A DNA stretch of 47,719 bases, taken from Oleiharenicola sp. (lineage in GTDB: Bacteria; Verrucomicrobiota; Verrucomicrobiia; Opitutales; Opitutaceae). The translations under genes were made by a program, and so were the position numbers. The stretch lies in contig JANMTJ010000177.1 in assembly GCA_031390295.1 (NCBI GenBank), positions 1 through 47,719 of the forward strand. The letters are read 5' to 3'. The notes below the pieces were generated by a model, which worked only from the letters and a program-made list of their open reading frames with translations, was not told the DNA's origin and did no database searches. Positions 18,180 through 28,363 of the stretch are shown piece by piece; positions within the stretch are counted from its first letter, which is position 1; the number at the start of each line of letters is the position of its first letter.

Positions 18180-19408
18180 GTGGCCGACCCTCCGTTTAGC
18201 CGAATGAGCACCGTGCGGATTATCGCCGTTGCCCGGTCGAGGTCTCCTTTCGTCGCGATCAGCGGGGGCAGCAGCCGGATGCTGTTCCCGCCGGCGGCCA
18301 CCGCCAGCAATCCGGCCTCGCGCAGGGCGGCGACCAAGGGGGTCGGATCGCTTTGCAGCACCAGGCCGATCATGTAGCCGCGGCCGGTCACAGCCTTCAG
18401 TTGCTTGGGAAATTCCGTGACGAGCTGGTCGAGTTCCGCGCGCCACGCCGTGCCGTTGGTCCGCACTTTTTCCAGGAGATTTTCGCCGGCGATGACGTCC
18501 AGCACCGCCAGGGCGGCCGCGCAGGCGAGCGGCGAACCGCCAAAGGTCGTGCCATGGGAACCGGGCGTGAACAGTTCGGCATGTTTCTCCGCCGCCCAGA
18601 TCGCGCCCATCGGGAAACCGTTGGCCATGCCCTTGGCCATGCCGATGGCGTCGGCGCGCACGCCGGAATGCTGGAACGCGAAAAACGTCCCCGTGCGCCC
18701 GATCCCGCACTGCACCTCATCGAGCATGAGCAGCAGGTTGTGCTGGTCGCAGAGTTTCCGCACTCCCCAGAGAAATTCGTCCGTGCAGGGCACCACCCCG
18801 CCCTCGCCCTGTACTGTCTCGAGGAAGATGGCGGCCGTCTGTCCGTCAATCAGCCCGGCAAAGCTTGGCAGGTTGTTCAGCTCGCCAAAGGCAAAACCCG
18901 GCACCAGCGGCCGGAAGCCTTTCTGGATCTTCTCCTGCGGCGTGGCGCTCATGCCGCCGAAGGTCCGGCCGTGAAACGCATTCTTCGCGCAGATGATCTT
19001 GTAGCACTTGCCCTCCTCGCCGGACTTCCGGACACCATGCAACCGCGCGAGCTTGATCAGGCCCTCATTGGCCTCGGTGCCGCTGTTGCACAGGAAAACC
19101 CGACCGGGCCCGGCCTGCTGCACCAGCCGCCGCGCCAGTTCACCGTAGTTGGGATTGCGGTATAGATTACTGACATGAATCAACTCCCCGGCTTGGCGCC
19201 GGATGGCCTCGATCCAGACCGGGTGGCAATGCCCGAGTGCGTTGACGGCAATGCCCGAGGCGAAATCAAGGTAGGCCTTGCCGGTGTCGTCCCACGCCGT
19301 GACTCCCGCCCCGCGCACGAGCGTGAGCGGTGCGCGTGCAAAGTTCTTCATGACATAGGCGTCATAAAGCTCGGCGGTGTTCGTGCGGACGATGGATGGC
19401 TGCGACAT
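18176..19408 (-). CDS. argD: Acetylornithine aminotransferase
   Basis: GIAVNALGH, NSGTEANE, FHGRT, QGEGG, DEVQCGIGRTG, HGTTFGG motifs; arg-cluster context. Confidence 0.95.
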   Translation of the reverse strand: MSQPSIVRTNTAELYDAYVMKNFARAPLTLVRGAGVTAWDDTGKAYLDFASGIAVNALGHCHPVWIEAIRRQAGELIHVSNLYRNPNYGELARRLVQQAGPGRVFLCNSGTEANEGLIKLARLHGVRKSGEEGKCYKIICAKNAFHGRTFGGMSATPQEKIQKGFRPLVPGFAFGELNNLPSFAGLIDGQTAAIFLETVQGEGGVVPCTDEFLWGVRKLCDQHNLLLMLDEVQCGIGRTGTFFAFQHSGVRADAIGMAKGMANGFPMGAIWAAEKHAELFTPGSHGTTFGGSPLACAAALAVLDVIAGENLLEKVRTNGTAWRAELDQLVTEFPKQLKAVTGRGYMIGLVLQSDPTPLVAALREAGLLAVAAGGNSIRLLPPLIATKGDLDRATAIIRTVLIRLNGGSAT

Positions 19409-19477
19409 ATAAAAAGAAAGCGGGAGCTTACGAAACGCCGGGTCAAATGCACGCCCGCAGTGCGGCATCCGGCCGGT

Positions 19478-20368
19478 TCAGCCGTGTACAATTTCGGTCC
19501 CTACACCTTTGTCGGTGAAAATCTCCAGCAAGAGACTGTGCGGCATCCGGCCGTCGATGAAATGCACGCGCTGCACGCCCTCCTCGAGGGCGCGGACGGC
19601 GCTCTGCACCTTCGGACGCATACCCTTGTCGATGATGCCCTTCTTCTTCAGGCCCTCGACCTCGCTGACTTTCACGGTGGAGATGAGCGTGTCCGGATTC
19701 TTGAAATCAGCCAGCAGGCCGGGCACGTCGCTCATGTAGACCAGCCGGCGGGCGCGCAGCGCGCTGGCCACACGGCCGGCCACGAGATCGGCGTTCACAT
19801 TGTAGGGCTTGCCGTCGAGTCCCTCGGCCACGGGCGAAATCACGGGCATGAACCCGTCGGCGATCTCCTTTTTGATCAACTTCACCTTCACCTCGGTCAC
19901 CTCGCCGACATAGCCGAGATCGCAGGCCTTGCCGTCGTCATCGACCGTGAGTTTCTGGCAGACGATCACGCTGTCGCCCGGCAGGCCCTTCGGGTTGGCG
20001 CGGACCGCGCTGAGCGTGTCACACACGTCCTTGTTCACAACCTCGTCGAGCGTCTTCTTCACGATGGCAATCGTGGCCTCATCAGTGACGCGCAGACCGT
20101 TGACAAAATTTGCCTTCAGGCCGGCGCCATCCATCGCGCGGTTGATCGCCTTGCCGCCGCCGTGCACGACGACGACATGAATCCCGACGGCCGCGAGAAA
20201 CGCGATGTCCGTGGCCACCCGCTGCCGCATCGTCGGATCCGGGTCGTCCATGAAGCTGCCGCCGTATTTGACGACGAAGATGGAGCCGCGAAAATCGTGA
20301 ATGTAAGGCAAAGCCTCGTGGAGCACGCGCGCCTTGGCGATGATCTCGGAAATATCCATGGCACTCAC
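19478..20368 (-). CDS. argB: Acetylglutamate kinase
   Basis: [41 protein letters not shown]; start GTG 20368 or ATG 20359. Confidence 0.97.
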   Translation of the reverse strand: MSAMDISEIIAKARVLHEALPYIHDFRGSIFVVKYGGSFMDDPDPTMRQRVATDIAFLAAVGIHVVVVHGGGKAINRAMDGAGLKANFVNGLRVTDEATIAIVKKTLDEVVNKDVCDTLSAVRANPKGLPGDSVIVCQKLTVDDDGKACDLGYVGEVTEVKVKLIKKEIADGFMPVISPVAEGLDGKPYNVNADLVAGRVASALRARRLVYMSDVPGLLADFKNPDTLISTVKVSEVEGLKKKGIIDKGMRPKVQSAVRALEEGVQRVHFIDGRMPHSLLLEIFTDKGVGTEIVHG

Positions 20369-21504
20369 CGGTTCTCGTGCATCACCTTCGCCGGGGGAAA
20401 GCCGTTGAAATAGGTGGCCGAGGCGTGGCTGTAGGCGCCGATGTTGACGCTGTAGACGAGGTCACCGCGTTTGAGGTCGGGCAGGTTTTCGGCCATCGAG
20501 ACCACATCGAGCGCATCGCAAGTCGGGCCGAAGACGGAGCAGATGCTCGTTGGCCCCTTCTTGAAGGCCATGACCGGATACTTGCAGTGATCGAAGATGA
20601 TGCCCGAGTAGGTGTGATAGACGCCGTCGTTGATGTAGTAGCTCGTCTTGCCCTCGCGCACGACCTTGCCGATGACCGACGAGACGCTCGTGCCGCACAC
20701 GGCGGCCAGGAAGCGGCCCGGCTCGGCGAGCACCTGGATGTCCTTCGGGAAAAGGCGGTCGAGCTCGGTGTTGATGACCTTGGCCAGCTCGGGGAAAGGC
20801 CGCACCGAGGCATCGTACGGCGCCGGGAAGCCGCCGCCGATGTCGAGCAGGTTCATCTTGGTGTAGCCGCGATCCCGCGCCTCCTGGAAGATGTTGGCCG
20901 TGAGGTTGAGCGCCTGGACATAATTCTCGAAGTTCGTCGTCTGGCTGCCGACATGGAAGCTGATGCCCTCGACCGTCAGGCCGAGCCGGTCGGCCTCCAG
21001 GATGAGATCGACCGCCTCGCCGGGCAGTGCGCCGAACTTGGAGGACAGCTCGACCATCGCGCCGGTGTTGGGGACCTTGAGGCGCAGGGCCAGGCCCGCG
21101 TTGGGCGCGTGCTGCTTGATCTTGTGGATCTCCTCGAGGTTGTCGAAGGTGACGAGCGGCTTGTATTTGTTCAGCTGCTCGAGCGTGTCCGTCGGCTTGG
21201 TCGGATTGGCGTAGATGATCTTGTCCCAGATCCAGTCCTGCCGCTGCTTGGCCGGCATCTGCCGGATGTTCTCGTAAACGATCATGAACTCCGGCATTGA
21301 GGCGACGTCGAAGCTCGCCCCCTCCTTGAAGAGGGTGCGGACGATCAGCGGGTCCGGGTTGGCCTTGACCGCATAATAGGCCTGGATGCGCGGCAGGTGC
21401 CGGCGGAACTCCCGGTAGGCCTTCCGCAGCGCGTCATGGTCGATGACGAACAGCGGGGTGCCGTGTTTCTGCGCGAGTTGCTGGAGCCGGGCTTTCGAGA
21501 TCAT
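20365..21504 (-). CDS. Alanine-racemase-fold (type III PLP) ornithine/lysine decarboxylase
   Basis: YAVKAN (PLP lysine), [35 protein letters not shown]. Ornithine specificity is inferred from context. Confidence 0.92.
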   Translation of the reverse strand: MISKARLQQLAQKHGTPLFVIDHDALRKAYREFRRHLPRIQAYYAVKANPDPLIVRTLFKEGASFDVASMPEFMIVYENIRQMPAKQRQDWIWDKIIYANPTKPTDTLEQLNKYKPLVTFDNLEEIHKIKQHAPNAGLALRLKVPNTGAMVELSSKFGALPGEAVDLILEADRLGLTVEGISFHVGSQTTNFENYVQALNLTANIFQEARDRGYTKMNLLDIGGGFPAPYDASVRPFPELAKVINTELDRLFPKDIQVLAEPGRFLAAVCGTSVSSVIGKVVREGKTSYYINDGVYHTYSGIIFDHCKYPVMAFKKGPTSICSVFGPTCDALDVVSMAENLPDLKRGDLVYSVNIGAYSHASATYFNGFPPAKVMHENR

Positions 21505-21514
21505 TGCTGGGTGC

Positions 21515-22972
21515 TTACCCGGCGTCCGTCACGAGGAAGTTCTTGAACTGCCACGGATCCTTCCGGTCGAGATCCGGCTTGTGGTGCGCGTCGAAGGTCG
21601 TGTCGCGGTTCTTGAGCGGGGTCCAGTCGTAGGGCTTCGAGATCCACTTGCCGAGGTACGGTTTGGAAAGCTTGAGAATGTAGTCGTGCGGCAGCTCGTC
21701 GGGGACGACGACACCGGACTCGGGATTCTCGATCATCCACATCGAGGCGGCGACCACGGAGATGGCGACCTGCATGGTGGTGGCGTTCTGGTGCGGGACC
21801 AGGCGGCGGGATTCCCCGATGCTGAGGTCGGAGCCGACCCACCACGCGTTGTAGTCGTGGCCCATGATGAGCGCGCCGAGGACGTCGGCACCGGCCGTGA
21901 TCTCGTCGTTCATGATGCGCTGGTTCTCGTTCAGCTTGTAGTTGTAGCCGCGCATCTCGTTGAGCGAAGAGATGGCCTCGTCGCACGGGCAGTAGGCGTA
22001 GTGCATCGTCGGGCGGTAGACGGCCTTGCCGTTCTTCCAGACCGTGAGCTTGTCGGAGATCGTGAAGGCCTCGCCGTGGCGGACGACCATGCCGAGGATG
22101 TTCCAGTTGGGCACGAAGGAGCGGACCCAGGTGTTCATGCCCATGCGGGCGAGACAGATCTGGTTGCGGGGACCTTGCGTGTGCTCGAAGGCGTGCTTGG
22201 GCAGCGTCTTCTCGTGGGTGCCCCAGCCCATTTCGGCCGTGGTGGTGCCTTCCTCGCGGAAGCCCTCGATGCTCCAGGTGTTCACGAACTCGTCGACCTG
22301 CTTCGGCTTGTCCGTGATCTGCGTGTCGCGCTCGGAGCAGTGGATGACCTTCACCCCGAGTTCCTGGGCGAGGAGGTTGAACGAGCGGGCCGCGATCAAT
22401 TTGGTGATCCTGGCGGCGCGGGCGCCCTTGGCCTTCTTGTCCTTGACCAGCTTGGTGCCGATGTCGATGAGGCCCTGCTTGACGAAGTGGGAAATAAGTC
22501 CGGGATTGGCGCCGTGCTCGATGACGGCGGTCGGGCCCTTGGCCTTCCATTTCTTGAGCATGCGGCGCAGGTTCATGTGGCGCCAGTACAGCGTCTTGGT
22601 GGTCGGGTGCGCATTGGGGCCGCTCGAATAGGGATCCCAGAGCTCGGTCGAGGTGTTGATGTAGCGCACCCCGTGGTCGTGGCACCACTGCAGGATCTCG
22701 AGGGCGTCGATGTTCCAGGCGAGGTCGATCAGGATGTCGCCCGGGCCGACGTACTTCGCCAGCAGCTTGGTCATGTTGCTCTCGGTGACGCGATCGCGCA
22801 CGAAGCGGACACCCTTCTTGATCCAGGGCGCGAGCTTGGCCTTGCGGTCCGCGAAGTCCATCACGGTGACGTTCTTCGCGAGCACCTTGATGTGCTTGAA
22901 GAGAATGGGCAGGGTGCACTCGGCAACGGCGCCGTAGCCGACGAACAGGATCTTATTTTTGAATGGGAGCAT
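21515..22972 (-). CDS. hss: Homospermidine synthase (bacterial, saccharopine dehydrogenase fold)
   Basis: Rossmann GYGAVA, HGANPGLISHFVKQGL, IHCSERDTQ, FVNTWSIEGFREEG, RPTMHYAYCP, QNATTMQV. Confidence 0.92.
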   Translation of the reverse strand: MLPFKNKILFVGYGAVAECTLPILFKHIKVLAKNVTVMDFADRKAKLAPWIKKGVRFVRDRVTESNMTKLLAKYVGPGDILIDLAWNIDALEILQWCHDHGVRYINTSTELWDPYSSGPNAHPTTKTLYWRHMNLRRMLKKWKAKGPTAVIEHGANPGLISHFVKQGLIDIGTKLVKDKKAKGARAARITKLIAARSFNLLAQELGVKVIHCSERDTQITDKPKQVDEFVNTWSIEGFREEGTTTAEMGWGTHEKTLPKHAFEHTQGPRNQICLARMGMNTWVRSFVPNWNILGMVVRHGEAFTISDKLTVWKNGKAVYRPTMHYAYCPCDEAISSLNEMRGYNYKLNENQRIMNDEITAGADVLGALIMGHDYNAWWVGSDLSIGESRRLVPHQNATTMQVAISVVAASMWMIENPESGVVVPDELPHDYILKLSKPYLGKWISKPYDWTPLKNRDTTFDAHHKPDLDRKDPWQFKNFLVTDAG

Positions 22973-23117
22973 GAATTCGAAGCGTTGGTTCTTCTGCTGA
23001 GCCGGCCGCGAAACCCCGTGGCTGGTCATGGGAAAATTTGCACAAAATGTGGTGGCGAAGCGGGCGCCAGTGCAAGCGATTATTGAGTGACGAGCGGGCG
23101 CCAACCACCCGGCCAGT

Positions 23118-24350
23118 TCACTCGCTCTTGTTGTAGTTGACGTAGCCCTCGGTCAGGTCGCTCGCCAGCAGGCGGAATGACGCCTTCCCCAGGTGCAGGT
23201 TGAGGGTGATGGTGTAGCGGCGGGCCTTCACGATCTCCTTCCACTTGGGCTTGAACTCGGGATGCGGCTTGCCCGCGGTCATCGCCGGCGTGTCGTTGTA
23301 GAGGATGTCCAGCTTGGCCTCGACCAGCTTGGCCCCGGCGTAACCGGCGGCGTCGGCGAGCCGGCCCCAGTTGGGGTCCTCCCCATACCAGGAGGATTTC
23401 ACAAGCAGGGAGTTGCCGATCGCGCGGGCAATCTTCTCCGCGTCCTCGCTGGAGGCCGCCCCGGCGATCTTCAGTTCCACCACCTTGGTGATTTTCTCAC
23501 CGTCGGAGACGATCTTCTCGGCCAGGGCTTCGCACGCCTTCCAGACGGCCTCGGCGAACAGCACCCGCAGCTCGCGCGGGCTCTTGTCGCCCACGCTGAC
23601 GCCGGAGTGGCCGTTGGCCAGCATGAGCACGGTGTCGTTGGTGCTCATGTCGCCGTCCACCGTGATGCAATTGAACGTGCCCCCGACCGCCTCGGAGATG
23701 GTCTTCTGGAGGAAGCTGCGCGGTACGGAGAAATCCGTCGCGAGAAAGGCCAGCATCGTGGCCATGTTGGGCTGGATCATGCCCGCGCCCTTGGCGATGC
23801 CGGCGACAAAGTGCTTTTTCCCGTCGTAGGTGAAACTCACCGTGACAGTCTTGGGTTTTGTGTCCGAGGTCAGGATCGCGCTGGCCGCCTTGTGGCCGTG
23901 GTCCGGGCTGCGGCCCTTTTCACTGACGGTGCGCTCCAGTCCCTTCAGGAGCCGGGCCATCGGCATCGGCTGTCCGATCCGGCCGGTGGAACAGACAAAG
24001 AATGAGGTGGGCTTCAGGTTGAGCGACGCCGCGATGCGCTGGGCCGTCAGGTTGGCGTCGCGCAGGCCGTCGGGGCCGGTGCAGGCGTTGGCGTTGCCGG
24101 AATTGGCGACGATGCCGTGGAAGGGTCCGCCGTGCGCGAGGTGCTTCTGGCACAGCAGCACCGGGGCGGCCTTGACGGCATTGGTCGTGAACGTGCCGGC
24201 GGCCGTGCAGGGCCGGAGGGAAAAGATCAGCGCGAGATCGAGGCGCTTGGGGTCGTTCTTCTCGCGGATGTCGCAGGCCACACCGGTGGCATCGAAGCCG
24301 GGGACATCGGTGAGGCCGGCGCTATCAAGGGTAACGGTCAGTGGGGTCAT
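23118..24350 (-). CDS. argJ: Glutamate N-acetyltransferase / ornithine acetyltransferase
   Basis: FTTNAVKAAPV, NSGNANACTG, STGRIG, KGAGMIQPNMATML (autocleavage), DGDMSTND, DPNWGR. Confidence 0.97.
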   Translation of the reverse strand: MTPLTVTLDSAGLTDVPGFDATGVACDIREKNDPKRLDLALIFSLRPCTAAGTFTTNAVKAAPVLLCQKHLAHGGPFHGIVANSGNANACTGPDGLRDANLTAQRIAASLNLKPTSFFVCSTGRIGQPMPMARLLKGLERTVSEKGRSPDHGHKAASAILTSDTKPKTVTVSFTYDGKKHFVAGIAKGAGMIQPNMATMLAFLATDFSVPRSFLQKTISEAVGGTFNCITVDGDMSTNDTVLMLANGHSGVSVGDKSPRELRVLFAEAVWKACEALAEKIVSDGEKITKVVELKIAGAASSEDAEKIARAIGNSLLVKSSWYGEDPNWGRLADAAGYAGAKLVEAKLDILYNDTPAMTAGKPHPEFKPKWKEIVKARRYTITLNLHLGKASFRLLASDLTEGYVNYNKSE

Positions 24351-24361
24351 GGAAGACAGAT

Positions 24362-25393
24362 TCAAAGAAGTCCCGCCGTTTCCGGCAGACCGAGCCACAG
24401 ATTCATGATCTGCACGGCCTGGCCGCTCGCACCCTTGACGAGGTTGTCCAACGCGGAGGTGATGACGAAATTGCCCGTGCGGGCATCGTGGATGGCGGAA
24501 AGATCAAGCCGGTTGGTGCCGGTCAGATAGGCGGAGTCGGGCGTCTCGCCGGCGGCGAGAATCGAGACAAACGGTTTGCCGGCATAGGCGGTCCGCCAGG
24601 CGGCGTAGAGCGAGTCGATCGTCGCACCCTTGGCCGCCGGCACCGTGGTCGTGGTGATGATGCCCCGCCGCATCGGGGCGAGGTGGGGATTGAATTGCAC
24701 GACAACCCTGGCTCCGGCCGCGCCGGACAACTGCTCCTCGATCTCGGCGAGGTGACGGTGCTTGGTCAGACCGTAGGCCTTGGCGCTCTCCGCACGTTCG
24801 ACGTAGAGGTATTGCTCCTCGGCCTTCTTGCCCGCGCCACTGACACCAGAAAATGAATTCACCACGATATGTTCCTTGGTGATGAGGCCGGCCTTGAGCA
24901 AGGGGGCCAGCGGCACGATCGCGCCGGTCGGATAGCAACCGGGGGCCGCCGCGAGCTTGATCTCGGATTTCCACTTGGGATCGGTCAGCTCGGGCAGAAT
25001 GAAACGCGCCGACGACAGCAGTTCGGGCGCATGGTGATGGCCGTAGTATTTCTCGTAGGTCGCGAGGTCGGCGACCCGGAAGTCGGCGCTGAGATCGACC
25101 ACCTTCCGGCCGGCCGGGACGAGCGCCTTGGCGAATTCCGCCGCCGTGCCGTGCGGCAGGGCCAGGAACCACAGGCCGACATCGTTGCGCGCGGCCAGCG
25201 TCGCCGCATCGGAATCGCTGAACTTGATCTGCTCGGCGGTCGTGCCTCGCAGCGCCGGGATGACCTGGGCCACGGACTTGCCCGCATGCTGCCGTGAAGT
25301 GACCGCCGTCAGTTTGACCGACGGGTGGCCGAGGAGGAGCTTGACCAGAACTTCGCCGGAATATCCCGACGCACCGACAATACCGACATTCAT
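24362..25393 (-). CDS. argC: N-acetyl-gamma-glutamyl-phosphate reductase
   Basis: GASGYSG, DLSADFR, PGCYPT, SGVSGAG, HRHLAEI, DNLVKGASGQAVQ. Confidence 0.97.
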   Translation of the reverse strand: MNVGIVGASGYSGEVLVKLLLGHPSVKLTAVTSRQHAGKSVAQVIPALRGTTAEQIKFSDSDAATLAARNDVGLWFLALPHGTAAEFAKALVPAGRKVVDLSADFRVADLATYEKYYGHHHAPELLSSARFILPELTDPKWKSEIKLAAAPGCYPTGAIVPLAPLLKAGLITKEHIVVNSFSGVSGAGKKAEEQYLYVERAESAKAYGLTKHRHLAEIEEQLSGAAGARVVVQFNPHLAPMRRGIITTTTVPAAKGATIDSLYAAWRTAYAGKPFVSILAAGETPDSAYLTGTNRLDLSAIHDARTGNFVITSALDNLVKGASGQAVQIMNLWLGLPETAGLL

Positions 25394-25454
25394 GTAAGGG
25401 AGGAGGTAGCGTTATGAATTCCCGAGGGGGAATCGAGCAGTTTCGTGTGCCAAT

Positions 25455-25485
25455 AAAAAAGCGGAGGCCGCGAGGCGCTCCGCTT
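25455..25485 (-). terminator. Rho-independent terminator after rpsI
   Basis: Minus strand reads AAGCGGAG-cgcctcgcggc-CTCCGC-TTTTTT, shortly after the rpsI stop. Confidence 0.8.
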
Positions 25486-25513
25486 GGATAAGTCGTGGTT
25501 TCCAGTAAGCGAA

Positions 25514-25912
25514 TTAACGCTTGGAGAACTGGAAGCGCTTGCGGGCGCCGGGCTGGCCGGGTTTCTTGCGCTCTTTCTCGCGGGGATCACGGGTGAGGTG
25601 ACCGGCCTTCTTGAGGGTGACGCGGAGCTCGGGATTGAATTTCAACAGGGCGCGGGCAATGCCGTGGGCGACCGCGCCGGACTGGCTGCTGATGCCGCCA
25701 CCGGCGACGTTCACGATGACATCGAACTTGTCCTTGCTGTCCGCCGTAACGAGCGGGGCGAGCGCGCGACGCACGAAGTTGTCGTGCGTGAAATAGACTT
25801 CGAACTTGCGGTCATTGACCGCGGTTTTGCCGGATCCGGCAAAAATACGCACGCGGGCGGTGGAGGACTTGCGACGGCCGGTGCCGAGAAAAACGGAGGA
25901 TTCAGCGCTCAT
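25514..25912 (-). CDS. rpsI: 30S ribosomal protein S9
   Basis: [35 protein letters not shown]. Confidence 0.99.
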   Translation of the reverse strand: MSAESSVFLGTGRRKSSTARVRIFAGSGKTAVNDRKFEVYFTHDNFVRRALAPLVTADSKDKFDVIVNVAGGGISSQSGAVAHGIARALLKFNPELRVTLKKAGHLTRDPREKERKKPGQPGARKRFQFSKR

Positions 25913-25915
25913 GGA

Positions 25916-26341
25916 TTACTTTAAAACTACGGGGTTCTGGGCCGCATGGTCGTGGGTCGCACCCGGGAAAACCCGGAGCTTGGTCAGCATCTTGGCGGCC
26001 AGCCGGTTCCGCGGCAGCATGCCCTTGACGGCCTGCATGACGATGAACTCGGGCTTCTTGACGCGGACGTCGGCGAGCTTGCGGTACTTCTCGCCCCCGA
26101 CGTAGCCGGAGAACGACATGTATTCAGTGTGCTCTTCCTTCTTGCCGGTGAGGACGACCTTGCTCGCATTGATGACGACCACGAAATCTCCGGTGTCGAC
26201 GTGGGGCGTGTAAGTGGGCTTGTTACGGCCGCGCAGGATGTTGGCGGCTTTAACGGCGAGACGGCCCAGCACTTTGCCTTCGGCATCGATCAGATACCAT
26301 TTGGGCTGCACTGTCTCTTTCTTGGCCAGATAGGTTTTCAT
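25916..26341 (-). CDS. rplM: 50S ribosomal protein L13
   Basis: WYLIDA, LGRLA, YTPHVDTGDFVVVINA, AVKGMLP, HAAQNP. Confidence 0.99.
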   Translation of the reverse strand: MKTYLAKKETVQPKWYLIDAEGKVLGRLAVKAANILRGRNKPTYTPHVDTGDFVVVINASKVVLTGKKEEHTEYMSFSGYVGGEKYRKLADVRVKKPEFIVMQAVKGMLPRNRLAAKMLTKLRVFPGATHDHAAQNPVVLK

Positions 26342-26380
26342 TTGCGGAAAGGGGCCAAAGGGAAGGATTTCGCCCTACCC

Positions 26381-26386
26381 TGTCAA
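26381..26386 (-). promoter_or_regulatory. Putative sigma70 -35 box of rplM-rpsI
   Basis: Perfect TTGACA on the minus strand about 40 bp upstream of the rplM ATG; the -10 is not a clear consensus. Confidence 0.4.
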
Positions 26387-26558
26387 TACCCAACCTTTCA
26401 CATTTTCAGATCGCACCAAACGGGCGGTTTAACCGCTAAAAGCCTGTTGCTTACGGTATAATTTCCGCCGGCGAAGCGATTGTTTTGATCCACCAATTAC
26501 CGGCCGGATGCAAACCGTGTTTGTTTTCGACCGGGATGTCCGCACACTCTGGTTCTTC

Positions 26559-26939
26559 ATGAAATCTGCGCTCCGTCTCCTTCTGATTGCCGCCGGTCTG
26601 CTCGGGTTTACTGGCGTGGCGCTGGGGGCATTCGGCGCTCATGGCTTAAAGGCCGCCTTGGATGCCTCCGGACAGCAGCATAACTGGGAAAAGGCTGTTT
26701 TTTACCAATTGATCCATGCCGTCGCCCTGCTCTCCTTGGCTAACCGGCCTAATCAGGCAATCAAGTGGATCGGCGTCTGTTGGGTTGGTGGCGTTGTGTT
26801 GTTTTCCGGTTCGCTGTACTGTCTGGCCTTGGGCGGCCCGATCAAATTCCTGTGGCCTGTCACGCCACTCGGAGGTCTGGCCCTGCTGGCCGGCTGGCTG
26901 CTGCTCACCCGGACCGCCGTCCGTCACACCGAAGCATGA
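26559..26939 (+). CDS. DUF423 (YgdD/TMEM256) membrane protein
   Basis: LGAFGAHGL, YQLIHA, LFSGSLY, VTPLGG motifs. Confidence 0.92.
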   Translation: MKSALRLLLIAAGLLGFTGVALGAFGAHGLKAALDASGQQHNWEKAVFYQLIHAVALLSLANRPNQAIKWIGVCWVGGVVLFSGSLYCLALGGPIKFLWPVTPLGGLALLAGWLLLTRTAVRHTEA

Positions 26940-28363
26940 AAATCCCTCCGCCACTGCACGACGCTCTCTCCGCCCTGCGCTCCGCCGGCGGCCAGCCCCG
27001 GCTGGTCGGTGGCTGTGTGCGCGATTGGCAGCTCGGACTTGAGCCGAAGGACTTTGATGTCGAGGTCTATGGCTTGGATTACGAGGCGATGGGGCGGGCC
27101 CTGGCGGCCTTTGGTCCGACCGACGTCGTCGGGCGCAGCTTCGGCGTGCTGAAGGTGCGGATGGGTGACAGCGAATACGATTTCTCCCTGCCGCGCCGCG
27201 AATCCAAGACCGGCGCGGGGCATCGCGGCTTTGCCGTCGCACCCGACCCGGCGCTGACCGAGGCTGAGGCGGCGGCCCGGCGGGATTTCACGGTCAACGC
27301 CATCGTCTATGACCCGCTGGAGGACCGGATTCTGGATTTTCACCATGGCATCGCTGATCTGCGGAAGAAAGTCCTGCGGCACACCGGCCCGGCCTTCACC
27401 GAGGATCCGTTGCGGGTGCTGCGGGCTTTTCAGTTTGCCGCGCGGTTCGAGTTCACCCTGGCCCCCGAGACCGCCGCCCTTTGCCGTTCGATCAGCGCCA
27501 CCCATGCGGAACTGCCTCTTGAGCGCGTCTGGGGCGAATGGGACAAGTGGGCCACCAAGTCCGTCAAGCCCTCTATCGGATTGCTCGTGCTGAAGCAGGC
27601 TGGCTGGCTGAAACACTATCCGGAAATCGCCGCCCTGGACGGCCTGCCCCAGGAGCCTGAGTGGCATCCGGAGGGAGATGTGTTCATTCACACGGGTTGC
27701 TGCCTCGACGCGTTGGTCGGGCTCGATTCCTGGCGCAACGGGTCGCCAGCGACCCGGCGGCTGCTTTCACTGGCGGTCCTCGCCCACGATTTCGGCAAGG
27801 CCGGCACCACCAGGCAGGCCGATCGGCGGGGCAAATTACGCTGGACCAGCCCGGAGCACGAGGCCGCCGGCGGTCCGCTGACGGAATCCTTCCTCCCGCG
27901 CATCGGTGCGCCGCTCGATCTGATCGAATTCGTGCGTCCGTTGGTCATGAATCATCTGCTCCATCACGACGGACCGGCTGAATATCGCGACACGACGGTG
28001 CGCCGGCTCTCCCGCAAGATCGCGCCCGCCACCCTCGACGACCTAATTGCCGTGATGCGCTCCGACCACCTGGGCCGGCCTCCCTTGATCTCAGCCGAAA
28101 CGGAGAAGCGGCTCGGCTTCCTGCGCGACGCCGCCCGCCGGCTCGCATTGGAACACGCTGCGCCCAAGCCCATCGTGCTGGGGCGACATCTGATCGCCCT
28201 GGGGCGGACCCCCGGACCTGACTTCAAGCCGGCGCTCGATGCCGCCTTTGAATCTCAGCTCGACGGCGCCTTCTCCGATGAATCTGGCGGCGTGGCGTGG
28301 TTGAAAAGCTATTTCCTCGCCCACCCGTCCGTCAGCCTCCCGCAAAACACCCCCTCCCTATGA
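26936..28363 (+). CDS. cca: Class II tRNA nucleotidyltransferase (CCA-type) with HD domain
   Basis: [37 protein letters not shown]; HD region [10 protein letters not shown]...LAHDFGK. CCA vs CC/A-adding vs poly(A) activity cannot be settled by eye. Confidence 0.85.
   Translation: MKIPPPLHDALSALRSAGGQPRLVGGCVRDWQLGLEPKDFDVEVYGLDYEAMGRALAAFGPTDVVGRSFGVLKVRMGDSEYDFSLPRRESKTGAGHRGFAVAPDPALTEAEAAARRDFTVNAIVYDPLEDRILDFHHGIADLRKKVLRHTGPAFTEDPLRVLRAFQFAARFEFTLAPETAALCRSISATHAELPLERVWGEWDKWATKSVKPSIGLLVLKQAGWLKHYPEIAALDGLPQEPEWHPEGDVFIHTGCCLDALVGLDSWRNGSPATRRLLSLAVLAHDFGKAGTTRQADRRGKLRWTSPEHEAAGGPLTESFLPRIGAPLDLIEFVRPLVMNHLLHHDGPAEYRDTTVRRLSRKIAPATLDDLIAVMRSDHLGRPPLISAETEKRLGFLRDAARRLALEHAAPKPIVLGRHLIALGRTPGPDFKPALDAAFESQLDGAFSDESGGVAWLKSYFLAHPSVSLPQNTPSL

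Noticed and set aside
25435-25453. Sigma54-like TTGGCAC...CTGC upstream of argC (minus strand)
   Set aside because: GG-to-GC spacing is 11 nt, not the required 10.
25394-25454. Possible ArgR ARG box upstream of argC (ATGAATT)
   Set aside because: Only a half-site resemblance, no tandem 18-bp palindromes, and no argR in the window.
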